Part shown: positions 11,060-24,002 of the stretch, one piece after another
Layout: the number at the start of each line of letters is the position of its first letter
Numbering within the stretch: the stretch's first letter is position 1
Assembly (NCBI GenBank): GCA_037379345.1
Contig: CM074518.1
Location: 46,589,586-46,653,585, forward strand
DNA from: Perna viridis
Taxonomy: Eukaryota
Direction of reading: 5' to 3'
DNA: 64,000 bases
The notes under the pieces: model-generated
Seen by the model: the letters and a program-made list of their open reading frames with translations, nothing else
Database searches by the model: none
Told to the model about the DNA's origin: nothing
Program-made: the position numbers and the translations under genes

Positions 11060-13449
11060 TCTATGTGTCATATTACAACAGTACAATAACTGTGTTTCTC
11101 GACGGTGTTGCCATGGTAACTTAGCTATTTAAGTGTGACCTTAAGTGGTCAAGCTATTTTGACATTAGTTGGACTTAGACTGATGGGTTGTAAAGAAAAT
11201 CAAGATTTTGTTTACTTTTGGTTTCCGGACTTTTTACTTGTATGTTTTATATTAGTAATACATGTAGCTTTGTTGGCCAATATAGAATATCTAAATCTTG
11301 ATACTTTAATACATATGCAGATCGGTAAGCACATTCCCGCATGGGAACGACCTTATTGTTACTCTTATGTTTATTTTTTTCTCAGAATCTTTAAAGGATT
11401 TTATCCACCCTTATAGAAGTTATCTCTCTTTTATTGACGATTTGTTTTTCAACATGATCCCCTCTCTTCATTTTTCATAATAGCCTGGCCTTATGTTTCC
11501 AACATGTACTATAAGCAGATGAGGTTTGTAGTAATTTCATCATCTTTTTAGGAGTTATGTTCCATCAAAACAATTTCCTTCAATCGCTCACATCTTGAAA
11601 CCCATTATAGACAGAATCAATCTGAAAACGGTCACAAGTACAAAAAAACAAATGACCCAATGAATAAAGATAAGCATGTATTTTGTTATGAAACCGTATA
11701 TGAGTTATTTCCCTTGAAATATCATTCTATAGTATTGAACATTTATATGTCCGAGAGCCGGAAGTTTAAGAGATATGGAACCTTCACCAATGATCTTTGG
11801 TCCATTTGACCATCCATTTTCACCAAGGCCAAAGGTCACAGAGCTAAAAAGGTTTCTCACTGCAAACGTCATGTCTTGATTTAAAGAAAATGATAAGAGA
11901 CAAATACATTCATGCAAGTATGAAATGACCCTCTTAATAAATTTTACTTTTTGAGCCCAATTATACATCTGTCCGACTGTCTGTTCAAAAGTTTAGACAA
12001 TTTAATTATTTCGCAGATTTGTGACCTTGACATGATTGTATGACTTTAACCTTGAAACCATTTTTAAAGTCAAATAATCGTATATTGTAATAGTCCCATG
12101 TCTCTATGATTTTCGGTTCCGGAGTTTCTCAGAGAGAGTATTCAAGCGGGGCCCAGATTCAAGCGAAAATATAAAAAAGTAATTTAGAGACAAACTACAG
12201 ACGAGGAAATCAGATACACATAACAAAGTATTAAAAAACTAAATAACACGTGCACAGCAACTAAAGCAAATTGCAAAATAAATCCAATTAAATATTGTGC
12301 TCAGATTATGCTCTGAAATTGCCCATGTTTTTCGTCAACGTATTGTTCATATTCTACAGATTATCATACGATTTTCAGATTTGAGATATATCTTGGCTGT
12401 TGTTTTTGATCTATCGATTTTTTTCATGAGCGGAGGTATATATTTCTAAAAAAAAACAACGATACTATACTGTTATTCAATACTTTATGTGGTAATTCTC
12501 ATATTAAGTACCAGTTGTAGCATTTTCATTAGGAACTTCTGGTTTTCCACAATTTTTCATATTTTGCCTCTAATTGGTAGAAAATAGGTTAAAATTACAT
12601 GGGATTATTTTTTCATGAATCAATTCTGACTAAAATTTGTGATTTGGTACAGTGGACGAAGGTTAAAATTTAGGACTTTTAACTCAGTTCATTTGTCATG
12701 TTTACCCCATCTCCTAATTATATGTATTAATTTCAGAAAATGATGGTAAAATTTTCTACAATTTATATATAAAATCCTGTTTGTACATATCTTTAAGCCA
12801 CAGAAGTTTTATTCAGTTTGTGCCAATGGAATTTTTTTAATCTGCTTAAATGTGTATATTGAAATGCTCTTGAAAATTAATTGCCGTCTCGTGCCGGCTA
12901 TCGCCTTATATTTCAAGGATTTCGAACTTTGGGTTGCCTTGAACATTTTATAAAAGCGCATTTTGCATTAAAGGTTATTTATTTTGTTTACGTGGGTATG
13001 ATTTATCATAAGAACCCAACTTAATGCAAAGGTGGTCTTTCCCTTTAAACACATTTTATTCAATTAAATAAATAAATGAAAAAGGATTGGATAGCAGGCC
13101 ACAGGCCTATAAATAGCCTCTCCCGTATATAAATCATTTGGAATACAGTAAATACATATAAATCCCTAAATTATTTATGATTAATACATACAATGCTAAT
13201 TGTGTTGATGTTTTATATTTAATGGGATTTAATTATTTATAAAGCCGGATATCTAAAATGCTTTCCTTTTTTGCAATCACTTTTGAAGGAAGTTATGTAA
13301 TTGATATTTAGCCTCACAAGATGGATCCACTTTTGGTGTAACTATAAAAGGAAATATTCTCAGAATTAATCATTTTAAATGTTAAGTGGCGCTCAGACGT
13401 GCATTATTAATCTTAACAGAAGTTTAACCTACCGGGAAATCAGGCAATA

Positions 13450-14870
13450 AAAACCCCAAATTTGTGTGAAATACATAGAAAACATTTTTAATTCAGACAG
13501 TAACAAAGTGACTAGCCAGTTTGCATTAGGTCACTAATTTCACGGAAGGCAATTTATTTTTGGCCGAACGAACTTAAAGTTGGAAAAGGTAATTCGTTGG
13601 TTATTTACAATGGGGCAAGACACGGTCAAACATTTTATAAGCACCGATAAACGACCACGTACGATATCAGGCTGGAAATATGCGGCTACTCGGTGTTAGT
13701 TTGCGACCCAACCTTAACACTGTTATTCTGTTATTGACGAGTACTTGACCTTTGAAGGGATTCCAACACGCCCGGCCAGTTGGTAAGGTGTTCCTCTAGT
13801 GTATTTCTTCCACAAAATAAGAAATGTCCAAGTAGGCGACACATTTACTCTTCAAGCGCAGTTTCTGAACCTGGCATACGCATTGCACAGCGCGTATATA
13901 CAAGAATGCCACAGTATGGAGTAGCAACTCCACAGCATTTCATAGACTGCTTCGCGAGGGGGATTTGATAAAATGCACTATTAAGATCATTTTTATTATG
14001 TATTTCCATTGACCAATAATACGGACTAGATAATCCACACCTGGCATAAGGGGGAGGGGCTTTCTATATCTTCCTACATCGGCAAACGCGGTAACAGCCT
14101 TTAACCACCGGATGACTTTTGCACTAGAAATAACGGGTTGATGTATTCAACCAATACGCCAACGTCCTTTGGACGACTGAAAACCCCCGAAAGTTCCAGC
14201 TGGTCAAACTTTCACTGAAGCTCAAATAATTTGTCCTTCGAATATTGCGGTACCCAACCCTTACGCTGTTGTGGTTGCACAGGGCATATATTGACAGATG
14301 CCTCAAATTAGTCAATGGCTCTGTTGTAACCTACAAAGTTAGGGTCGAATACTTCGCTGTACTTATTAACAACGTCACTAAATTTATCATTGTCATCGGA
14401 GTTGAGCATATTGTCTGGATCCAACGAGACATTTGTCTTGGTATGACGTTAAAGATTCAAGTTTATGTTCGCGTTTGGGGTCCCGTAAACAGCACACGAA
14501 TCATCGTTCGTTTTCGGTAACACGGAATATACAGTCCTTAACCTACATAGATATTCGTATCACTTGACTAATCGAGGTTCCGACATCGACATCTAAATCA
14601 TTGACAACCAAGGCATCTAACCGAAAATCTACTCCACCTCTCGTAAGCGTTAGATGACATTCCCCAACTATTTTTAACGGCGTAACACTATCAGCTTGCA
14701 GCGCAACGTGACTCGTCCCCTTAATTTTTATCCCGATCACCTCAGCAGACGTGGATTTAATCATAGTATTTTGTAGGGGAAATGCTTGTAAAAAGCTTTA
14801 AGCTTTAAGGGGGACTGTCGGGTAGTCATCCACCTTAACGACGAAACAACACGAAGTGTGCTGGTACCTG
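13450..14870 (-). mobile_element. Ty3/Gypsy-type pol remnant (protease, RT, part of integrase region), internally deleted
   Basis: Protease-like ALQADSVTPLKIVGECHLTL...LDALVVNDLDVDV. RT-like [25 protein letters not shown]...[17 protein letters not shown]. Confidence 0.8.
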
Positions 14871-16100
14871 AACTACATGTATCAACAAATACAGCGGAAT
14901 TCAGCAGAATGAATCTCGTCCAATAAACTATCCAATGCTTGTGAAATTTCTGGTTAGCAAGAGACCACTGTTTCGGTGCTCGTATTGCCGCCATTTTGAT
15001 TTATAGGCTAACGAATTCCAATCGTCGAAATGATTGTTTATTGTCCGTATGACAATGTCCTTTATATTCATGGGTTAATGAATAGGAGACTTCGCATCTG
15101 AAAAAATCAAATAGGTTTGAATTGTAAATCCTTGAACGCCGCCACCACGCCAGTAGACAGAAAGAACATAAACACATGTTAATTGCAAGGCAGATAAGTT
15201 TATTAATGAAAGGAACCACCAACTGTGAGCTGGTGCATATTACATACTGTTTATTACAAAATAAAATATGTTTAAACTAAACGGACTACATATCACTTAG
15301 TTTGATGTTTTGATAAAGGTTATTCATTCCTTTTACTTTTTAAATATGTTTTTACGCGTTAAAACAGCGGCCGGATGAAGCTAAATTTGTTGTTCCAGGT
15401 AGAGTTATTCCAAAGACCCATCTACAAATGTAATTATGGGCGCACATCAAATACAAATTTAATTTCAGGTGTAACACGTTTTCTGATTGAATAAAAACAA
15501 TGTGTCCATCATCTCATTGACCAAATTTTGTGATGTGATTCTGACGTCATCGACCTTTTTTGCTGATTTACTCCTTTAAAAGTTCAATACTAGAATTAAA
15601 TTATAAGGGAAGACTTATATTTTTTCGGTCTATTTGAAATAATCTCAATGCCCGTGGTGGCCACTTGAAAATTCCCCGCCACCGCCTACGAAGGTTCTTT
15701 AGAGTGCACCATGTGACTAAGGCTATTTATTCCTCATACGCCGAAAAACATAACAGTCATTCCTTGAGGTTTATCCCCATTAAATCAGTGACATCTGTGT
15801 ATAATTGCCTGAAATTTTGAACGTCGTAGCTGTCAGTATTCAGTGACGGCGAACTCTACTGCTGTGCAGTGAAATTCATCTATAACGAATCATAACAATA
15901 AGTTAAAAATTACAAGAGGGTGATTTTGAAATAGTTTGGTGTTTTAAATCCTTTGTTCATTTTTTAGTTGTTTTATATATACAAGGGGAATCATACTAAT
16001 TTACTTATATGAAAGCTGAACATGCTCAAAATAAAAAAAAAGGCTCTGTATATATATAGATAACGTATTATCATCTAGCAGTTCAAGTTTTTCGGAATTT

Positions 16101-16810
16101 ATACATCGCATATACCCCACAAATGAACTTAAAATAAAGATACTACAGACACTAAGAAGTCAGCCTCATATCTTGACATACACTTAGGGATCGATAGAAA
16201 AGAAAAACTATAATTGACCAAACTATACGACCAACGCAATAACTTTTCACTCCGTATTGTCAATTTTTCTTTCATCTGTGGCAACATCCCTTCAGCACAT
16301 GCGTATGGAGTTTTCATATCACAACTAAATACACTAAGCCAGAGTTTTCATATCACAACTCATACATTAAGCCAGAGCTTGTCGTAACTACACAGACTTT
16401 CTGTACCGCGCTAGATTTATTAGAATTAGCTATAGGCTTCTGGAAGAGCTATGGTAATGTATAATATTGAAATCATCACTACAGAAAATTTATTGTCATC
16501 CTCATGAACTCGTGGATCATTACGGTGTATCCATCTGCACCATCAGAACCGATTTGTTCAATGTGTCATAGTTTTCTTTCTTTCGTCTTCCGGATTTGAG
16601 CATTTCGGCGGGTGTTTCTAGATAAGCAGAAGAGAGAACACATACCCTACCGGTGCACCTGTTCCATGCTCCCAGATTTTGCTCATTTACTTTTGTTTTT
16701 TTTTTAGTTGTTTTATGTATTTGTTGAGAGTTTCTGTTTTCCCTGCCTTGACTTTATCCCTGGATTTCATTCGTTTGATTTTCGCTAGAATCTTGGTTAC
16801 CTTAAATATT
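16101..16810 (+). mobile_element. Penelope-like (Naiad-type) element, RT C-terminus plus 3' UTR, older copy
   Basis: DTTDTKKSASYLDIHL...LYDQRNNFSLRIVNFSFICGNIPSAHAYGVFISQL, homologous to 51500-52170. Confidence 0.85.
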
Positions 16811-17370
16811 CTTTCACATCGGGAACATTCGATAGATCACTGCAATCGTCATTAAGCTTTTACTTTTTTTTTTGGCTTCATACATGCAATTATTTCTCTG
16901 TTGTGTTTGGTTTGTTTGTGTCACAACAAACATAACAATAATATATATTTTATTTTAACAAAGACATTTGATGTGATTTGATATTTTATCATGATACTTT
17001 ATCACAATCGTTTATTGCCTCGAACATGCACGGAACAGGAATTTTTCTGGTAAGCCATAAAAGTTAATTACAAAACAGGTTTAAACCGTTTGTAGAACCC
17101 AACTAGACGTGATTGTCTGTCTATGTGTTCTACCCACAATCCATGCATTATTTATCTCGTGCAGTTGTACATTGAACATATAGTTTTGTTCCAATTTATA
17201 TGTGCTGCCGCCCACCCGATCAAATATTGAACGGTAACTCAAACGTACTTATAAGGGTGAAAAATTGTTTGTCGTGATAGAAGCTTTCTATAGTTTTATA
17301 TGGTTTTCCAACTTCTCCTTTCAAATGACTTACTTTAAATTAAAACGCAAACAAGTGGTCCAGGTCCCCA

Positions 17371-17733
17371 GCAACAAGACCGGTGGACCCCAGCCTGTCA
17401 ACAAAAATAACATTTCATGGAATATTGCAAAATTATTTTTTGTTAAGTCTTGATCTTTAACCTACTGACCTCAAATTCAATAGTGTCTTCCTTACCCCAT
17501 AAGCCTTCAACTATCCAGGTTTGGTGAAATTTTTTGAAGCCGTTGAAAAGTAATGCTTCGAAACCAATTTTCGCCCCTAAAATTATAATTTGTTAACTTC
17601 GTGAAATTTAATAGATGTCTTCATTACCCCATAAATTTTCAACTGTCCAAATGTTACGCCGTTCTGGAATTCTATTCCGAAGGACGGAAAATCGAATTCT
17701 ACACTTCCCCCTTTCCTGAAAGTCGGGGGACGA
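17371..17733 (+). mobile_element. Helentron-associated (HINE-like) non-autonomous element
   Basis: Starts aacaag, has internal diverged tandem units (..gtcttc..taccccataa..ttcaact.tcca..), ends with ggacgga and a tcccc...gggga hairpin. Confidence 0.5.
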
Positions 17734-19476
17734 AAAGATGGAACGCGGACGTATCATGCGCATTTTGTATACATGTTGTGTACTCGATCATATAGCAGTA
17801 AGTCTACATCTTCACGTACTCTTTGTTGCAAATTTTTTTGGATACATTTAAGGCCGATAAAACATAAAATGTAATAAAAATAGTAATTATATAATTTAAC
17901 ATTTTATAAATTAATAAAATTATTAAAATCACGAATAAACATGGCTTGAGTAATAAAATGATAAAACAATAACATCATTAAAATGATTAAACATGACTTG
18001 AGTAATAAATATATAATAATTATATTTATATATGAACATTTACAATAGGCAATATTTACAATAAATACAAGTGAGCATAAAATAGAACACATTCATTTTT
18101 AAAGAAAACTCACTATGTATTTAATGTGATCAGTTCAGTGTGAATTATACATCTACATTTTAGTACAGTAATGTACTGCCATGCGCAGGAAAATTGATCT
18201 ATTTTATCCTGTAAGTTAAACACATGAAAATTATTAGAGGTATAGTTGAAATAGGTAGACCTAGGGCAAGGGACATAACTTTCAAATTAATGGAGCCTTT
18301 GTGCAAAGTATTTAACATCAATCTCATATAAGTATCAAATGAACGCTTGATATGCTTTGGTAACATTACATATGATGCAAACATATCATTGTTTTCAAGA
18401 GTTATGTCCCTTATCTTAGGTTTACATGTACCTCCATAAATCCATTGGGAAGAGATTGTATGGTCAGGATTAACCAGATTCTTGTATAAAAGCTTTTTAT
18501 GAGCCACGTGTTCAGATATTGCGTACATATCAATTTAACCTCATGATTGCAACATATAAAATGCACAATCATTTGTTATCATATATTCTAATCTTTTCAA
18601 AGGTTTCCTTATTTAGAAAACTTACCTGCAGTAAACTGAGGTCATGTGGATTTTGCGATGAGAAGTTACGCAATTACGCTAAATACAATGCAATACAATA
18701 CAAGTTAGAAATAGTTTTGTATAAAGGAAGAAATTCAAAACACTTATTAACATTTTTCTTCTAACATTCTATTTTGTTTTTATTTTTAAATACGATGAAT
18801 AAAACAAATTCATACAACTATTTGACAAGGAAAAGAAAAATATACTGTATCATTTATAAAAAAAAGCACATTCAAATAATTTCATGAATTTATGACCGAA
18901 CGATTCAGAAATACTTTGACTGAAGAATGTATAATATTATTGTTTAAATAGATATACAAAGACTAATGGACCATTTGAAGTCGAGGACATACATAATCAG
19001 AACAAGCCTGACAAGACGAGAGTTGTGATTTACCATCTGATGTTTATTCAGTGTATCGACATTACAGTCTGTACAACCACAGTGAAATCTGTCGATAGGC
19101 AGTAGCTTGAGATCGATCATATCAGGTAGTATAGACACGTGGTATGAACAAAGGAATGGTGAAGTGGTCAAAGAAGCATTTGTTCATTTTCTACATAAAA
19201 CTAACTGCGAGAAAAAAAACCACAACAATACACAAGGAGGAAAGCTAATTTCACATTCATGCTTTAAAATTTAAAATTGCAAAAAGCCTCAATGAAGCAC
19301 CATATACATAGTTAAAAAATAAATATCTGCGATACTAAAACATTAAGGTAAAGCACTTGAAAATCTGGGGTGCATATTTCTATAGCTAAAATTTTCAATT
19401 AAAAAGACATTTCTTGACCGAAAAGATTAATTTATTTAAAAAAATATTCGACACTAAAAGAGTAAATTTCAGAAGG

Positions 19477-19933
19477 AGTAATCAAGGGAACCAAGGCTAT
19501 CGGGTAATCAAAAGAATATAATCCAGGAACAAAGACCAGACATGGAAAACAGACATACACAACAAAGAACATAAAGTAACTAAAATCATACATACAAAGT
19601 AACAAAAGTAAATGAGCAACTCGGACTCCACTAAAACCTGGGAGTATGGACCAGGTGCACCGGTAGGGTAAGCGTCCTCTGCTTTTCTAGAAACACCCGC
19701 CGGGTTGCTCATAAAAAGTCAAGTCCAGGGTAGACAAACGAGGAAAGGTAAACCATGACCCGTTGAATAAATCAGTTTTCATGGTGCTGATGGATACATC
19801 ATAACGATCCACGAGTTCATGATGACGACCATAAAACTTCTGTAGTGTTGACTTCAATCTTGTAGCAACATAACCCTGTTCCAGAAGCCTATTTGTTAGA
19901 GTTACAGCGCGATACAAAAAGTCTGCGTAGTTA
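19477..19933 (-). mobile_element. Penelope-like (Naiad-type) 5'-truncated copy (RT tail plus full 3' UTR)
   Basis: NYADFLYRAVTLTNRLLEQGYVATRLKSTLQKFYGRHHELVDRYDVSISTM. The UTR ends ttgattactc. Confidence 0.9.
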
Positions 19934-20496
19934 AAAAGACATTCGAGACTCTTCGAATTATTGATAATGGTAAGATGGAGTAAACATAAAATACAAAAGA
20001 AAAACAGGATATAAAAGTTATAAAAGCTAAATAAAATCATTTGAAACAGTATGAATACGCACTTTGAATTGCCCATTCAAAATCAAAAATTTTCTCTTAA
20101 GATAAAGGCTTCACCCATTACATACGCGTTGTGATGATACAATTTAAAAATCATGGTATAACATAAAAAATAATTTGAATTTTTCACGTCGTTATCTTTG
20201 GATGTTGATTACTATAGATATAAGCCTTCCCAAAACATTTACAGTGAGTAATATAATAATCTTCAGAGAATAGAATTGGTCTTTCCTTTATTAAATGATC
20301 GTTTACCTATCGAACTCCCATATTTAGCTTATTGTGCAATTAATAAGGGGATTTCAACTTTCTATCATTTCATAGCATATTAAAATTTATGTTCGAAAGA
20401 AAGTTCTCTTTACTTATTGTCCTTTTGACTACCTAAAAACATCCCGCCATTGTCATTTTATCAAGGAAAGACTAACTCTGATTTTGTCTCTATTAC

Positions 20497-20682
20497 CCGC
20501 TGTAAAAACTACAAGGCACCCTGTTTGATCAAATTCCAGGATGTATCAAAATCTGAATCATGTGTAAAATCCGTATCCGCATCCTTTGTATTTAAATCAG
20601 TGACGACATCACATTCAGCTCCAAAGGAGGAAACGAATAAACAAATCATTATACAAAACAAACACAAATAAAATATATACAT
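20497..20682 (-). pseudogene. Possible first exon of a secreted protein (signal peptide) with premature TAG
   Basis: MYIFYLCLFCIMICLFVSSFGA|ECDVVTDLNTKDADTDFTHDSDFDTSWNLIKQGAL*FLQR followed by a GTAATA donor. Hydrophobic leader with a small-residue cleavage site. Confidence 0.4.
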
Positions 20683-20787
20683 CACCGGTATAAGCTTGAT
20701 ATATAGATGAATAACAAATAAAGAAATACAAATAATTGAACGTAAAGGGTATACATTGATTTTGCCTAAATACCAAAATTAATACAA

Positions 20788-23700
20788 ATCAGATATTTAT
20801 ACAAATTATTACTAAGTACAAATCTTTATGAGAATCAGAGAGAAGGTACTACTCCTTGTGTTTGTGGATTTGTTTAGCTGAAATGCATTTAATACGCATA
20901 GAAAATGCTCCTTCATATCAAAGTCGGATCTTAGGAAGTAAGGGTCTACTTTTTGCTCAAACACTTTCCTCTGATGATTGTATAGAAAAGCTACTGGAAA
21001 TCGATGGAGCATGACTCCTTAGTATAAATTATGTACATTTTTCGGAATTTCTGAATTCTCGACTAAACACAATAATATAGCTCGTGAAGGGAGATACATG
21101 TTATGTATTATCAGATATTTATACAAATTATTACTAAGTACAAATCTTTATGAGAATCAGAGAGAAGGTACTACTCCTTGTGTTTGTGGATTTGTTTAGC
21201 TGAAATGCATTTAATACGCATAGAAAATGCTCCTTCATATCAAAGTCGGATCTTAGGAAGTAAGGGTCTACTTTTTGCTCAAACACTTTCCTCTGATGAT
21301 TGTATAGAAAAGCTACTGGAAATCGATGGAGCATGACTCCTTAGTATAAATTATGTACATTTTTCGGAATTTCTGAATTCTCGACTAAACACAATAATAT
21401 AGCTCGTGAAGGGAGATACATGTTATGTATTATCAGATATTTATACAAATTATTACTAAGTACAAATCTTTATGAGAATCAGAGAGAAGGTACTACTCCT
21501 TGTGTTTGTGGATTTGTTTAGCTGAAATGCATTTAATACGCATAGAAAATGCTCCTTCATATCAAAGTCGGATCTTAGGAAGTAAGGGTCTACTTTTTGC
21601 TCAAACACTTTCCTCTGATGATTGTATAGAAAAGCTACTGGAAATCGATGGAGCATGACTCCTTAGTATAAATTATGTACATTTTTCGGAATTTCTGAAT
21701 TCTCGACTAAACACAATAATATAGCTCGTGAAGGGAGATACATGTTATGTATTATCAGATATTTATACAAATTATTACTAAGTACAAATCTTTATGAGAA
21801 TCAGAGAGAAGGTACTACTCCTTGTGTTTGTGGATTTGTTTAGCTGAAATGCATTTAATACGCATAGAAAATGCTCCTTCATATCAAAGTCGGATCTTAG
21901 GAAGTAAGGGTCTACTTTTTGCTCAAACACTTTCCTCTGATGATTGTATAGAAAAGCTACTGGAAATCGATGGAGCATGACTCCTTAGTATAAATTATGT
22001 ACATTTTTCGGAATTTCTGAATTCTCGACTAAACACAATAATATAGCTCGTGAAGGGAGATACATGTTATGTATTATCAGATATTTATACAAATTATTAC
22101 TAAGTACAAATCTTTATGAGAATCAGAGAGAAGGTACTACTCCTTGTGTTTGTGGATTTGTTTAGCTGAAATGCATTTAATACGCATAGAAAATGCTCCT
22201 TCATATCAAAGTCGGATCTTAGGAAGTAAGGGTCTACTTTTTGCTCAAACACTTTCCTCTGATGATTGTATAGAAAAGCTACTGGAAATCGATGGAGCAT
22301 GACTCCTTAGTATAAATTATGTACATTTTTCGGAATTTCTGAATTCTCGACTAAACACAATAATATAGCTCGTGAAGGGAGATACATGTTATGTATTATC
22401 AGATATTTATACAAATTATTACTAAGTACAAATCTTTATGAGAATCAGAGAGAAGGTACTACTCCTTGTGTTTGTGGATTTGTTTAGCTGAAATGCATTT
22501 AATACGCATAGAAAATGCTCCTTCATATCAAAGTCGGATCTTAGGAAGTAAGGGTCTACTTTTTGCTCAAACACTTTCCTCTGATGATTGTATAGAAAAG
22601 CTACTGGAAATCGATGGAGCATGACTCCTTAGTATAAATTATGTACATTTTTCGGAATTTCTGAATTCTCGACTAAACACAATAATATAGCTCGTGAAGG
22701 GAGATACATGTTATGTATTATCAGATATTTATACAAATTATTACTAAGTACAAATCTTTATGAGAATCAGAGAGAAGGTACTACTCCTTGTGTTTGTGGA
22801 TTTGTTTAGCTGAAATGCATTTAATACGCATAGAAAATGCTCCTTCATATCAAAGTCGGATCTTAGGAAGTAAGGGTCTACTTTTTGCTCAAACACTTTC
22901 CTCTGATGATTGTATAGAAAAGCTACTGGAAATCGATGGAGCATGACTCCTTAGTATAAATTATGTACATTTTTCGGAATTTCTGAATTCTCGACTAAAC
23001 ACAATAATATAGCTCGTGAAGGGAGATACATGTTATGTATTATCAGATATTTATACAAATTATTACTAAGTACAAATCTTTATGAGAATCAGAGAGAAGG
23101 TACTACTCCTTGTGTTTGTGGATTTGTTTAGCTGAAATGCATTTAATACGCATAGAAAATGCTCCTTCATATCAAAGTCGGATCTTAGGAAGTAAGGGTC
23201 TACTTTTTGCTCAAACACTTTCCTCTGATGATTGTATAGAAAAGCTACTGGAAATCGATGGAGCATGACTCCTTAGTATAAATTATGTACATTTTTCGGA
23301 ATTTCTGAATTCTCGACTAAACACAATAATATAGCTCGTGAAGGGAGATACATGTTATGTATTATCAGATATTTATACAAATTATTACTAAGTACAAATC
23401 TTTATGAGAATCAGAGAGAAGGTACTACTCCTTGTGTTTGTGGATTTGTTTAGCTGAAATGCATTTAATACGCATAGAAAATGCTCCTTCATATCAAAGT
23501 CGGATCTTAGGAAGTAAGGGTCTACTTTTTGCTCAAACACTTTCCTCTGATGATTGTATAGAAAAGCTACTGGAAATCGATGGAGCATGACTCCTTAGTA
23601 TAAATTATGTACATTTTTCGGAATTTCTGAATTCTCGACTAAACACAATAATATAGCTCGTGAAGGGAGATACATGTTATGTATTATCAGATATTTATAC

Positions 23701-24002
23701 AAATTATTACTAAGTACAAATCTTTATGAGAATCAGAGAGAAGGTACTACTCCTTGTGTTTGTGGATTTGTTTAGCTGAAATGCATTTAATACGCATAGA
23801 AAATGCTCCTTCATATCAAAGTCGGATCTTAGGAAGTAAGGGTCTACTTTTTGCTCAAACACTTTCCTCTGATGATTGTATAGAAAAGCTACTGGAAATC
23901 GATGGAGCATGACTCCTTAGTATAAATTATGTACATTTTTCGGAATTTCTGAATTCTCGACTAAACACAATAATATAGCTCGTGAAGGGAGATACATGTT
24001 AT
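20788..24002. repeat. Tandem array of ten apparently identical 322-bp units
   Basis: The ORF track repeats exactly every 322 bp (20812...23710) with identical translation. No differences between units seen by eye. Confidence 0.98.

Noticed and set aside
20812-23910. Ten identical 66-aa minus-strand ORFs (MLHRFPVAF...)
   Set aside because: By-product of the 322-bp array. No recognisable motif, and identity reflects DNA repetition rather than selection.
20788-24002. CRISPR array or rRNA/snRNA repeat interpretation
   Set aside because: There are no variable spacers and no cas genes, the context is eukaryotic, and no 5S/snRNA/tRNA signature is seen in the unit.
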